A stretch of DNA of 64,000 bases from Candidatus Microgenomates bacterium (GTDB lineage: Bacteria; Patescibacteriota; JACPGU01). Positions within the stretch are counted from its first letter, which is position 1. Every line of letters begins with the position of its first letter. This document shows, in pieces, positions 9,882-19,150 of this stretch. A program made the translations under genes and the position numbers. The notes under the pieces are model-generated. The model saw nothing but the letters and a program-made list of their open reading frames with translations, made no database searches and was not told the DNA's origin. The stretch spans positions 40,198-104,197 of the forward strand of contig JACPGU010000004.1 of NCBI GenBank assembly GCA_016188915.1, in the 5' to 3' direction.

Positions 9882-11015
9882 ATGCTCATAGGTATCGATG
9901 CGTCAAAAATAGGAGTGAAGGGAAAAACGGGCGTTGAAGAATACGCGACGCAGATTTTGCGTTATTTAATAAAAAATGACCGAACCAATCGCTATATTCT
10001 TTACGCTCCGCATGATATTAGTCCAGCCTTGGACAAACTGCCTGACAATTTTTCTCTAAAAATTATCTCCGCCCCTTTTTTTTGGACGCAGATAAGATTG
10101 GCGTGGCAGATTTGGAAAGACCATTTGGATTTATTTTTTACTCCCAGTTACGCGCCGCCAGTTTTTTGTTTTGTTCCTCATATTGCCGTTATCCATGATG
10201 TAGCCTTCCGTCTTTTTCCTGAAAATTATACCCTATTACAGAGAATGATTTTGGAGATTACTACCAGATTGGCAATAGGGCGCGCTAAAAAAATAATCAC
10301 TATCTCGCAGACGACAAAAAATGATCTAGTCCATCTATTTCGCGCTCAATCTTTGAAAATAGAAGTGACCTATTTGGGCTTTGACGACACAATGATTAAA
10401 TGGCGGCATTTTGACAAAAATGTTTGGGAAAATATCAGTGAAAAGTTTAACATCAAAAAACCCTATCTTTTATTCGTAGGGAGGATAGAGGGCAAAAAAA
10501 ATCTCGGCAATCTTCTGCAAGCTTTTTACAATCTATTGGCCGAAGGGCAAGATTTGCAAATGATTTTGGCGGGCAAAGACGGAGTGGGGGCGGATGAAGT
10601 GCGAGCGGTGGCCGCTAAATACAATCTAGACGACAAAGTGATTTTTACCGGATACATTAGCGAGGAAGAAAAAAAATATTTGCTTTCTCGTTGTCTTTGC
10701 TTTACTTTTGTTCCGAAATACGAAGGCTTTGGTATCCCCGTGCTGGAAGCGATGGCGATGAATATCCCAGTGGTAGCTTCGGACATTCCGGTTTTTCACG
10801 AATTGTACCGTGACGCGGTTATTTTGACCAAACCGGAAGATCCTGATGCTATCGCCTATGGAATAAAAAGTTTACTGGACGATCCAGAAAGAATAAAAAT
10901 TTTAAAAGAAAGAGGGAAAAAAATGGTCAAAGATTTTTCTTGGGACTATTGCGGAGAGAAGATTTTGAGTATAATAAATGAGGCTACTAAAGATAAAAAT
11001 GATAGGAGGATATAG
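9882..11015 (+). CDS. Glycosyltransferase family 4 (GT-B)
   Basis: IGIDAS..TGVEEY, FVGRIEGKKN, YEGFGIPVLEAM. Confidence 0.9.
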   Translation: MLIGIDASKIGVKGKTGVEEYATQILRYLIKNDRTNRYILYAPHDISPALDKLPDNFSLKIISAPFFWTQIRLAWQIWKDHLDLFFTPSYAPPVFCFVPHIAVIHDVAFRLFPENYTLLQRMILEITTRLAIGRAKKIITISQTTKNDLVHLFRAQSLKIEVTYLGFDDTMIKWRHFDKNVWENISEKFNIKKPYLLFVGRIEGKKNLGNLLQAFYNLLAEGQDLQMILAGKDGVGADEVRAVAAKYNLDDKVIFTGYISEEEKKYLLSRCLCFTFVPKYEGFGIPVLEAMAMNIPVVASDIPVFHELYRDAVILTKPEDPDAIAYGIKSLLDDPERIKILKERGKKMVKDFSWDYCGEKILSIINEATKDKNDRRI

Positions 11016-11623
11016 TGTTTGACCTGGTAACCTTGATTAAGGCGGTAGGGTATTTAGGCATATTTGGCATTGTTTTTGCCGAATCAGGCCTTTTGATTGG
11101 ATTTTTTCTGCCTGGCGATTCCCTGCTTTTTACGGCCGGTTTTTTGGCATCGGGCGGATATCTGGACATCAATATTTTGATTGCTCTGATTTTTGTTGGA
11201 GCAGTTTTGGGAGATAATACAGGCTACGCTTTTGGCCACAAGATGGGACCAAGGGTTTTTAAATCAGAAGAATCGGTTTTTTTTCATAAAAAACATTTGA
11301 CGCAGGCGGAAAATTTTTTCAAAAAACACGGAGGCAAAACTTTGATTTTGGCGCGTTTTATTCCGGCTATCAGAACTTTTGCTCCGATTTTGGCCGGCGT
11401 GGGTCAGATGTCTTACCGAATTTTTTTTCTATATAATGTAGTTGGCGCCGCCCTTTGGTCTATTGGAGTGACTTTGGCTGGATTTTATTTGGGGCGGCTG
11501 ATCCCTGATGTCGATCATTATCTTTTGCCTATAGTGGGGGGAATAGTTTTTGTTTCTATTTTGCCTGGGCTTTGGCAGGTGATAAAAATTAGAAGGTCAA
11601 AAAGGCGAAGCTCTGAAGGGTAG
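11015..11623 (+). CDS. DedA/VTT-domain membrane protein
   Basis: FAESGLLIGFFLPGDSLLF, ARFIPAIRTF. Confidence 0.92.
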   Translation: MFDLVTLIKAVGYLGIFGIVFAESGLLIGFFLPGDSLLFTAGFLASGGYLDINILIALIFVGAVLGDNTGYAFGHKMGPRVFKSEESVFFHKKHLTQAENFFKKHGGKTLILARFIPAIRTFAPILAGVGQMSYRIFFLYNVVGAALWSIGVTLAGFYLGRLIPDVDHYLLPIVGGIVFVSILPGLWQVIKIRRSKRRSSEG

Positions 11624-11767
11624 ATTGACTTTTTTATACTAATATTGAGTAATAAAGATTTTCTCAATAACGTCTTGATTTTTTGGCTAAATAGTGCTAC
11701 TTTTGTCAATAACGTCCCTCGTGGGGCAATAGTGTGGCTTAAAAAAAAACGAATAAAGGAGGCGGCC

Positions 11768-14269
11768 ATGAACCGCGCGAAAATAGCAGTTCTAGCAATT
11801 TTGCTGGTTGTAGCGTCCGCGACTGTTTCGGTCGCCGAAATGATCAATCTTTCTTTTGAGAAAGGTTGGCAGACGGTTTCTTTTGGATTTTATTGGCAGG
11901 GGAGCGATCTTTTTGATTTGCTTTCACAAAACCAGATCCAAGTTTTTTCTTTTGACAAAAGCTTGGGTTATTCGGAAAAAGTAGTATCGGCTTCCAGCCT
12001 GAAAGCAGGAAGGCCATATTGGCTTTTTGCTAAATCAGCGGCTACTTTTTCAATTGACGGCAACAAGATTCTTCCTTCCGATACTTTCATAACCGCTTTG
12101 GCTGGTTGGAATCTGCTACCCAATCCTTTTTGGAGCGAAGCGGATCTGACTTGTCGAAGCAAACTTTCCGGCGTGCCCTTTGATTCTTCCGCCTATGTTT
12201 TCACGGGCGAAGAATATGTGGCGACCACGACTATTCCTATCGGCGCTTCTTTCTTCTTCAAGGTGGCGCAGAACACGAATTTGGAGATTTTTACCACTTC
12301 TATTTACGAATGTGGCGATGGTATTTTTACTGCCGCTTGCGAAGCCTGCGATGATGGCGCCAATAACGGCCAGATAGGATTTTGCAATCTTTCTTGCGCA
12401 GGAATGGTTTTGGCCACCTGCAATGGCATCGCGGTGGATGAAGGCGAAATCTGTGACGGCAACCAGCAGATCTGTTCTGATGGTTGTTATAGTGGCCTAG
12501 AAGATTGTCTTGTGGATTGTTCCGGCTGGGAGGAATGCGTGGTGACTGGGCAATCCTGTGGCGATGGCGTTAAGACTGGCTGCGAATTTTGCGACGACGG
12601 CGCCAATAACGGTCAGATGGGGTTTTGCAGCCTGGACTGTGGATCTATTTTGCCTTCTCTTTGCGGGAACGGCGATTTGGACAACGGCGAATATTGCGAT
12701 TCGGATACGATTGTTTGCAATGACGGTTGCTATATCGGATCGCAAACCTGTCTTTTGGACTGTTCGGCGTATGAGACCTGCGATGTCGGGTCTCAATCTT
12801 GCGGCGATGGTATAAAAAACGGTTGCGAGACTTGCGACGACGGTGCCAATAACGGCCAGCCCGAATTTTGCAATCTCTCTTGCAACGGTCAGACATCGGC
12901 TCTTTGCGGGAATGGGACTCTGGATATTGGCGAGATATGCGAAGTAGGAGCATTCAAATCATGCAGGGATGAAGCTACCAATTGTTACGACGGATCGCGT
13001 TATTGCAAAACCGATTGCACCGGCTATGAGAGCGTTTGCGATATCGGTGGCCAACGTTGCGACAATGGAATCCAGGAAGGCTGTGAGACTTGCGACGACG
13101 GCGCGGCCAATGGGACGCCCAATCATTGCAACGCGATCTGCCATGGCACAACTTCTTCTGTTTGCGACAATGGCGTGGTGGAATTTGGCGAGGATTGCGA
13201 TCCGCCGGATACTAACACGGATTGCCCCTATGGCGAGATGAGCTGTTTCGTTTGCGGGGTAAATTGCCAAGATGTTTTCGGCATACCCCATTATTGCAGC
13301 GATGGGACGCTGGATTTGTCATCTGGCGAGCAGTGCGATGACGACAATACGCTGAATGGCGATGGCTGTTCGGCTGATTGTCAGGTGGAGGTCCCACCCT
13401 ATGCCACCCAGACTTTTGTTTTGAAATGGGGGATTACCGGATCGGGGAATGGACAATTTTCCACTCCGCGCGACCTGGACACCGACACCAATGGCAATGT
13501 CTATGTGGTGGACCAGGACAATGACCGAGTGCAGAAATTTGACGCCGACGGCAACTGGCTGGCCAGTTTTGGTCCGGCAATTGTCGGCACGATAGATCTT
13601 TGGACTCCGGAAGGCGTTTGCGTCAGTCCCAATAGCGGGACGATCGCTATCACCGATAGAGATAATTCGCGAGTAGTACTGCTGGATTATTTTGGCAACT
13701 ACTTGCGGGAGTTCGGCGGATCTGGCGATAGTGATGGGGAGTTTTATGAGCCACGAGGCTGTGTCTGGGACAAAGATGACAATATCTATGTTGCAGATAG
13801 TAGTCCTCAGGTGGGAGATAGCCTTCATCACCGAGTGCAGAAATTTGATATCCAGGGACAATTCCTGAATGTCAAATGGGGGCAGAAAGGCTCTGTTGAC
13901 GGACAATTCAGTGGTCCCATTGGAATCATCATTGATCAGTGGGGCTATGTCTATGTGGCGGATAGCGGAAACCATCGCGTCCAGAAATTTGACGCCGATG
14001 GAACATTCGTTGCCAAATGGGGGAGCCCCCTGACGATGTCCTGGCCGACCTACCTGGATATAGACGCCAACAATCGTCTCTATGTGGTGGATTTCGGTTA
14101 CGCGGAAGTGGATGTTTTTGAAACCGATGGCCAGCAGGTGGGAAAAGTCGGAGTAAACGGTAGCGCTGATGGGGAATTCAATAATCCTATCGGAGTCGCT
14201 GTCTCCGGTACCACGGTCTATGTATCGGATATGACCAGCACGAGAAATAACGTGCAAAAATTTCAATAA
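11768..14269 (+). CDS. Secreted protein with Cys-rich CGDG/CDDG repeats and a C-terminal NHL-repeat beta-propeller
   Basis: AAGGAGG RBS before ATG 11768, signal peptide, repeated CE.CDDGANNG units, EQCDDDNTLNGDGCSADC, NHL repeats (VYVADSGNHRVQKFD). Confidence 0.85.
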   Translation: MNRAKIAVLAILLVVASATVSVAEMINLSFEKGWQTVSFGFYWQGSDLFDLLSQNQIQVFSFDKSLGYSEKVVSASSLKAGRPYWLFAKSAATFSIDGNKILPSDTFITALAGWNLLPNPFWSEADLTCRSKLSGVPFDSSAYVFTGEEYVATTTIPIGASFFFKVAQNTNLEIFTTSIYECGDGIFTAACEACDDGANNGQIGFCNLSCAGMVLATCNGIAVDEGEICDGNQQICSDGCYSGLEDCLVDCSGWEECVVTGQSCGDGVKTGCEFCDDGANNGQMGFCSLDCGSILPSLCGNGDLDNGEYCDSDTIVCNDGCYIGSQTCLLDCSAYETCDVGSQSCGDGIKNGCETCDDGANNGQPEFCNLSCNGQTSALCGNGTLDIGEICEVGAFKSCRDEATNCYDGSRYCKTDCTGYESVCDIGGQRCDNGIQEGCETCDDGAANGTPNHCNAICHGTTSSVCDNGVVEFGEDCDPPDTNTDCPYGEMSCFVCGVNCQDVFGIPHYCSDGTLDLSSGEQCDDDNTLNGDGCSADCQVEVPPYATQTFVLKWGITGSGNGQFSTPRDLDTDTNGNVYVVDQDNDRVQKFDADGNWLASFGPAIVGTIDLWTPEGVCVSPNSGTIAITDRDNSRVVLLDYFGNYLREFGGSGDSDGEFYEPRGCVWDKDDNIYVADSSPQVGDSLHHRVQKFDIQGQFLNVKWGQKGSVDGQFSGPIGIIIDQWGYVYVADSGNHRVQKFDADGTFVAKWGSPLTMSWPTYLDIDANNRLYVVDFGYAEVDVFETDGQQVGKVGVNGSADGEFNNPIGVAVSGTTVYVSDMTSTRNNVQKFQ

Positions 14270-14282
14270 AGGCAATTTTGCC

Positions 14283-14310
14283 AAGCGCTCCGGGAGATCG
14301 GAGCGCTTTT
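14283..14310 (+). terminator. Intrinsic terminator
   Basis: AAGCGCTCCG-GGAGAT-CGGAGCGCTT followed by T run. Confidence 0.75.
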
Positions 14311-14339
14311 ATTTCATAGAAAATTGCGTTGCAAGGACT

Positions 14340-15287
14340 CTACTTTACCAATTCTGATTCGGCGTAGATAGCGTAATCTAGCATACCCACGATCTGGCCG
14401 GTGGAACGGTCCATTTCCACGATAATTTTTCTCACCACATTGCCGAAATAACCGGTGGATTCAATGATCGTCTTGGGTGTGGTCATCAGATCACTACTGC
14501 TTCCTCGCGTGATATTGAGATTGACGAAGGGGATGGAGCTATCCTTGGGCGCGCTGCCTTCGGTATAGATATTGGTGCCCGGTTCGGGCAGAGATTTGGT
14601 GTACCAAGGTTTGATGCGGATAATTTTTTTACCTACGCCGGTTCGAGATGATTGTATTCTGACTGATTTATTAAATGTACTAGTAAAAAACTTCCCTCCT
14701 TTTTCAATCGGGATGATACTGCCCTCTTCGTCATAGACGGTTATTTCCATCCGGTAGCCGCTGCGTTCAGAGCCGGCTAATATTTCTGTGGCCGGGTTGG
14801 GAGTCCACTCAATCTTCAAATCTCCCGTCAAACTGGGAATACCGATTTCCACCACATCGTCGCGGTTGACCTGGAGATTTTGAATTTGCGGAGTTTTGTA
14901 CCACATCTTCAATCCATAGTAGCGAGACTTCGGGTCTTTGGCGCCGGCAGCAGTACAAATGTTAGCAGAAAGCCGTCCCATCTGGAGATTGTCTTTGTCT
15001 AGATTGACGCACCGCGGACTATTATTGGTTTTGTCCGTGACATCCACATTGGCGTTGGTATCGTTTTCAAAAGAAATTTCGCTGTCTTTGTTATACCGCC
15101 AGGAAAGTAGCGCCTCTTCCAGTCCCGCTTCGGCGGCGTAGTAGGCGATCAAAGAATTATCAATCCTGGTAGAATTTTTTACCTCATCTAGCATCTCTCT
15201 GGTGAAAAGTCCGATAGAAGTCAGCATGATTCCAGAAATAATCAAGGTAGTGATGAGGGCGATACCCCGCTCTTTTTTCCTTGTCAT
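14340..15287 (-). CDS. PilX/PilK-like minor pilin
   Basis: KKERG|IALITTLII class III-like signal; AYYAAEAGLEEAL PilX N-terminal motif. Confidence 0.75.
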   Translation of the reverse strand: MTRKKERGIALITTLIISGIMLTSIGLFTREMLDEVKNSTRIDNSLIAYYAAEAGLEEALLSWRYNKDSEISFENDTNANVDVTDKTNNSPRCVNLDKDNLQMGRLSANICTAAGAKDPKSRYYGLKMWYKTPQIQNLQVNRDDVVEIGIPSLTGDLKIEWTPNPATEILAGSERSGYRMEITVYDEEGSIIPIEKGGKFFTSTFNKSVRIQSSRTGVGKKIIRIKPWYTKSLPEPGTNIYTEGSAPKDSSIPFVNLNITRGSSSDLMTTPKTIIESTGYFGNVVRKIIVEMDRSTGQIVGMLDYAIYAESELVK

Positions 15288-17866
15288 TATTCTATATTTA
15301 TTTTTATACTGTCGTTGGCGGTCAGCCCCAGTTTATCGGTCAAGATCACTTTCAAAGTTGCCTCTCCGCTGACGCTGTCCGGCAGAGTAAAATCGGTCAG
15401 CCCAAAAGGCGCCTCAGTATTTTCAGCTATTTTTACTTCGTCTAGGAAATACTCAATTTTAGCGACTTCTTTGGGCGCTTTGTAATTCAAAATAACAGAC
15501 AGAGTATCGGCAATAATCTGGTTTTTGATAGGGGAGGTGATTTTTAGTTCTGGTTGATTTTCCTTAACTAAAACAGAACAATTTTCTACTTCGCTGGGGA
15601 TATTGTTGTGCCCGGCGGCTTTGGCCCAATTGATCACCGCGTCTTCCCAGCTTTTTACATTAGGCAAAATAGAGTGAAATTCCAGAAAAATTTTGTTTTC
15701 CGTAATACCGTCCGGACAATTGTCGGCCGCTTTTTTGCCTGTTTCTTTGATCACCCTTACTATTTTGTGCACATCGTCAACGGCGGTGGGAGCTTGACCT
15801 TTCAAAAATACTTCTCGGCGGAGAGGTAGGCTCTCTTTCAGTTCTTCCGGAATATTGGCCAGGGGCTGTTTGCCTGTTAGCGCGTCTATTTCGGCGTATT
15901 CAATACCAGAAGGCACAGAAAATTGCTCTACTGGCGTACCGGCCAAGGCCTTTCTCATATAATAATTCCAGATCGGCGCGGCCACCATGCCACCCGATGC
16001 TCCCGCCATTGGTGTATTGTCGTTATTGCCGGCCCAGACACCAGTGACCAAAGACGGAGTGTAGCCCATCGTCCAGGCGTCGCGATATTCATCAGTTGTT
16101 CCAGTTTTGGCGGCAACTGGTCGGCCGGGTAGGGTCAGGATGCCACCAGTGCCGAAGATTTCAGCGCGAGCCGAATCATCGGACAAAACATTAGTCACCA
16201 GATAGGCGACATTTTCATCCAAAACTTTTATGCCCTTATGCTCGGACTCTTTATATTCATAGACATCCTTGCCATTTTTGTCAGTAATTTTCAAGATAGT
16301 AATTGGCTCATAATAGATGCCTTGGCTGGCCAAAGTAGCGTAAGCGGCCGCTTCTTCCAGGAGTCTCACCTCGCCACCGCCCAAAACTAGAGACAGTCCA
16401 TAGCGGTCCGGATCGGTTAAAGATTTCAAGCCCATTTTTTGCGCCAAATCAGTTGCTTCTTTTACTCCGACCAAGGCTAGCGCTTCAACGGCTGGGATGT
16501 TCAAAGAATTGCCCAAAGCTCTCCTAATAGAGACAGGGCCGCGGAAAGATTTGTCATAATTCAAAGGTTTGTAGCCATTGCCGAAATCAGTTGGCACATC
16601 CATTAGCATGGTAGAAGGGGAGTAGCCCTGGGTGAAAGCGGCCGCGTAAATAATAGGCTTGATGGAAGATCCAGGCTGGCGCAGTCTGACGGCCACATTG
16701 ACATTGCCGTCATTTTCTTTGTCAAAATAGTCAACCGAACCGACCATAGCCAAGACTTGGCCGTTTTTGGGATCCAGCGATACCAATGACGCATTTTTAG
16801 CACCGCGGGCGGTAAGGCTGGTCCGATTGGCATCCATCGCTTCTTCGGCTATTTTTTGTTTGGTAAGATCAAGTGTGGTAGTGACGACAAAGCCATCATT
16901 GGCCAATTGATCTTCTCCGAATTGTTCAGCCAAAAGTTCTCTGACATACATTACGAAATGGGGAGCTGTAATACCCTGATTTGGTTCGGAAAATTTGATT
17001 ACTTCGGCTTTGGCAACAGCAGCTTGCTCCTTGGTGATTAGATGCAGCTCTGCCATTTGGTCCAGGGCAAAATCTTTGCGTCCCATCAGAATATCGGTAT
17101 TGGAACCGTAGGGATTGTAATAGGTGGGCGCTTGGGGCAGAGAAGCTAGGAGCGCCGATTCGGCTAGAGTTAAATCTTTGGCGTCTTTGTCAAAATATGT
17201 TTTGGCGGCCGCTTGTACTCCATAGGCGTTATTGCCATAGGGGATTTCGTTCAAATACATAGTCAGGATCTCGTTTTTGGAATAAATCTGCTCAATCTCA
17301 ATAGACAAAATGAATTCTTTGATTTTGCGAGAGATTTTTTTATTGCCGGATAAAACAGCATTTTTGACGAATTGCTGGGTGATGGTGGAACCTCCTTGTT
17401 TGGCCTCGCGATGGAAGATGTCATAGACTATGGCGCGGGCGATGCCTTTCAGATTGAATCCGGAATGTTTATAAAAATCGCGATCTTCCAGGGCTACTGT
17501 TGCTTGTTTGACGGCATCGGGAATATCTTCAAATTTAATCAATGTCCTATTTTCTTCGCCGTGGATTTGATAGAGAAGCTCGCCATTTCTATCTACTATT
17601 TTAGTAGATTGGGCGACGATTCTTTTGTTTAATTTGTAAGGATTGGGTAGGTCTTTGGAGTACCACAAAAAAAGCGTGGCAATGATTAAAACAAAGCCAA
17701 AGGCGGTATAGGCAATAGTTTTCGGCCAAGGGAGATTGGATGATCTGATCTTTTCCAAAATTTGTCCGACAAAGGGGATTTTAATCCTTATTGGCCGCGT
17801 GGTCTGTGAAGTATAGGTGTAGTGAGCGCCAGCTACTCTCTGGCGCCGGCGAGAAAAGCGTCTCAT
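15287..17866 (-). CDS. Bifunctional penicillin-binding protein 1A family
   Basis: EDRDFYKH, GGSTITQQ, RKIKE; transpeptidase SSIK, SLN, KTG motifs; C-terminal Ig-like domain. Confidence 0.93.
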   Translation of the reverse strand: MRRFSRRRQRVAGAHYTYTSQTTRPIRIKIPFVGQILEKIRSSNLPWPKTIAYTAFGFVLIIATLFLWYSKDLPNPYKLNKRIVAQSTKIVDRNGELLYQIHGEENRTLIKFEDIPDAVKQATVALEDRDFYKHSGFNLKGIARAIVYDIFHREAKQGGSTITQQFVKNAVLSGNKKISRKIKEFILSIEIEQIYSKNEILTMYLNEIPYGNNAYGVQAAAKTYFDKDAKDLTLAESALLASLPQAPTYYNPYGSNTDILMGRKDFALDQMAELHLITKEQAAVAKAEVIKFSEPNQGITAPHFVMYVRELLAEQFGEDQLANDGFVVTTTLDLTKQKIAEEAMDANRTSLTARGAKNASLVSLDPKNGQVLAMVGSVDYFDKENDGNVNVAVRLRQPGSSIKPIIYAAAFTQGYSPSTMLMDVPTDFGNGYKPLNYDKSFRGPVSIRRALGNSLNIPAVEALALVGVKEATDLAQKMGLKSLTDPDRYGLSLVLGGGEVRLLEEAAAYATLASQGIYYEPITILKITDKNGKDVYEYKESEHKGIKVLDENVAYLVTNVLSDDSARAEIFGTGGILTLPGRPVAAKTGTTDEYRDAWTMGYTPSLVTGVWAGNNDNTPMAGASGGMVAAPIWNYYMRKALAGTPVEQFSVPSGIEYAEIDALTGKQPLANIPEELKESLPLRREVFLKGQAPTAVDDVHKIVRVIKETGKKAADNCPDGITENKIFLEFHSILPNVKSWEDAVINWAKAAGHNNIPSEVENCSVLVKENQPELKITSPIKNQIIADTLSVILNYKAPKEVAKIEYFLDEVKIAENTEAPFGLTDFTLPDSVSGEATLKVILTDKLGLTANDSIKINIE

Positions 17867-17933
17867 ATATTAGAGATTATTGTTTTGATATTATTATAGC
17901 AAAAAGCTTTGCTGTCTGCTAGAATAAAACTAT

Positions 17934-19139
17934 ATGAAAAAAGCAGATGATCAAAAAATAAAAGAGATTTTGACGCGGGGGGTAGAGCAAGTTTTTCCCT
18001 CTTTGGGTGCTGTGGAAAAGATTTTAGCAGGTGGCCGTAAATTAAAAATATATTACGGCATTGATCCGACGGGGAAATCTTTGCATTTGGGACATTTGAT
18101 TCAGCTCCGCAAATTAAGAGATTTTCAAAAATTGGGACACGAAATAATTATTTTGCTGGGTGATTTTACGGCGCAAATAGGCGATCCGACAGACAAGATG
18201 GCGGCCAGAAAACCGCTTACTCACAAACAGGTTCTGGCCAATGCCAAAGATTACAAAAAACAAATAGCCCGAATTTTGGACATCAAAAGTTCTCGGGTGA
18301 GATTTTTGCGTAATGAGAAATGGACCAATAAGCTCAAGCCGGTGGATTTGCTGGAGATCGCTTCTCATTTTACGACCAGTCAGCTTTTGAGTAGAGAAAT
18401 GTTCCAAAAAAGAATCAAAGACGGCAAAGATATTCATGTGCACGAATTCCTTTATCCGATTTTTCAAGCTTATGATTCCGTCACTATGAATGTGGATATG
18501 GAGATAGGTGGCAATGACCAAATGTTTAATATGTTGGCCGGGCGCGATTTGGTGAAAAAAATGCTAGGCAAGGAAAAAATTGTTTTGACGACGAGACTAT
18601 TGGTGGATCATGAGGGCAAAAAAATGGGTAAAACAGAGGGCAATATGGTAAACCTTTCTGATAGCCCAAATGATATGTTTGGCAAAATAATGAGCTGGCC
18701 AGATGGACTGATTGTCCCAGGGTTGGAACTTTTGACGGATATACCAATGGCGGGGGTAGACAGTCTCAAGAAAGATTTGGGGAAAAATGCCAATCCGCGC
18801 GATATCAAATTCAAATTGGCTATGGAGATAGTGCGCGCTTATTATGGCGACGGGGCATCGCTTAAAGCAGGGGAGGCGTTCAACAGAATTTTTCGTGACA
18901 AAAAAACGCCCAAGGAAATGAAAGAAGTAAAAATAAAATCAGCCAATCTGCCGGTAGTAGAACTCTTGCGTCAGGCGGGAATCGTTCAAAGCAATAATGA
19001 GGCCAGACGTTTGATAGAGCAAGGGGGACTAAAAATAGACAACGCTAGAATCGGCGATTTCAATGCCTCAGTAGGCATCTACGATGGTTTGGTTATTCAG
19101 GCCGGAAGACACCGATTTGTCAGAGTAAAAAGAGGATAG
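17934..19139 (+). CDS. tyrS: Tyrosine--tRNA ligase
   Basis: YYGIDPT, HLGH, GGNDQ, KMGKT, C-terminal S4 domain. Confidence 0.96.
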   Translation: MKKADDQKIKEILTRGVEQVFPSLGAVEKILAGGRKLKIYYGIDPTGKSLHLGHLIQLRKLRDFQKLGHEIIILLGDFTAQIGDPTDKMAARKPLTHKQVLANAKDYKKQIARILDIKSSRVRFLRNEKWTNKLKPVDLLEIASHFTTSQLLSREMFQKRIKDGKDIHVHEFLYPIFQAYDSVTMNVDMEIGGNDQMFNMLAGRDLVKKMLGKEKIVLTTRLLVDHEGKKMGKTEGNMVNLSDSPNDMFGKIMSWPDGLIVPGLELLTDIPMAGVDSLKKDLGKNANPRDIKFKLAMEIVRAYYGDGASLKAGEAFNRIFRDKKTPKEMKEVKIKSANLPVVELLRQAGIVQSNNEARRLIEQGGLKIDNARIGDFNASVGIYDGLVIQAGRHRFVRVKRG

Positions 19140-19150
19140 GGTTTTCTCAG

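Noticed and set aside
12347-13114. CRISPR-like periodic repeats
   Set aside because: In-frame protein repeats with about 243-bp period; no CRISPR array or cas gene was seen in the window.
13319-14284. 321-aa minus-strand ORF
   Set aside because: Antisense shadow of the NHL-repeat coding region with no recognisable motifs.
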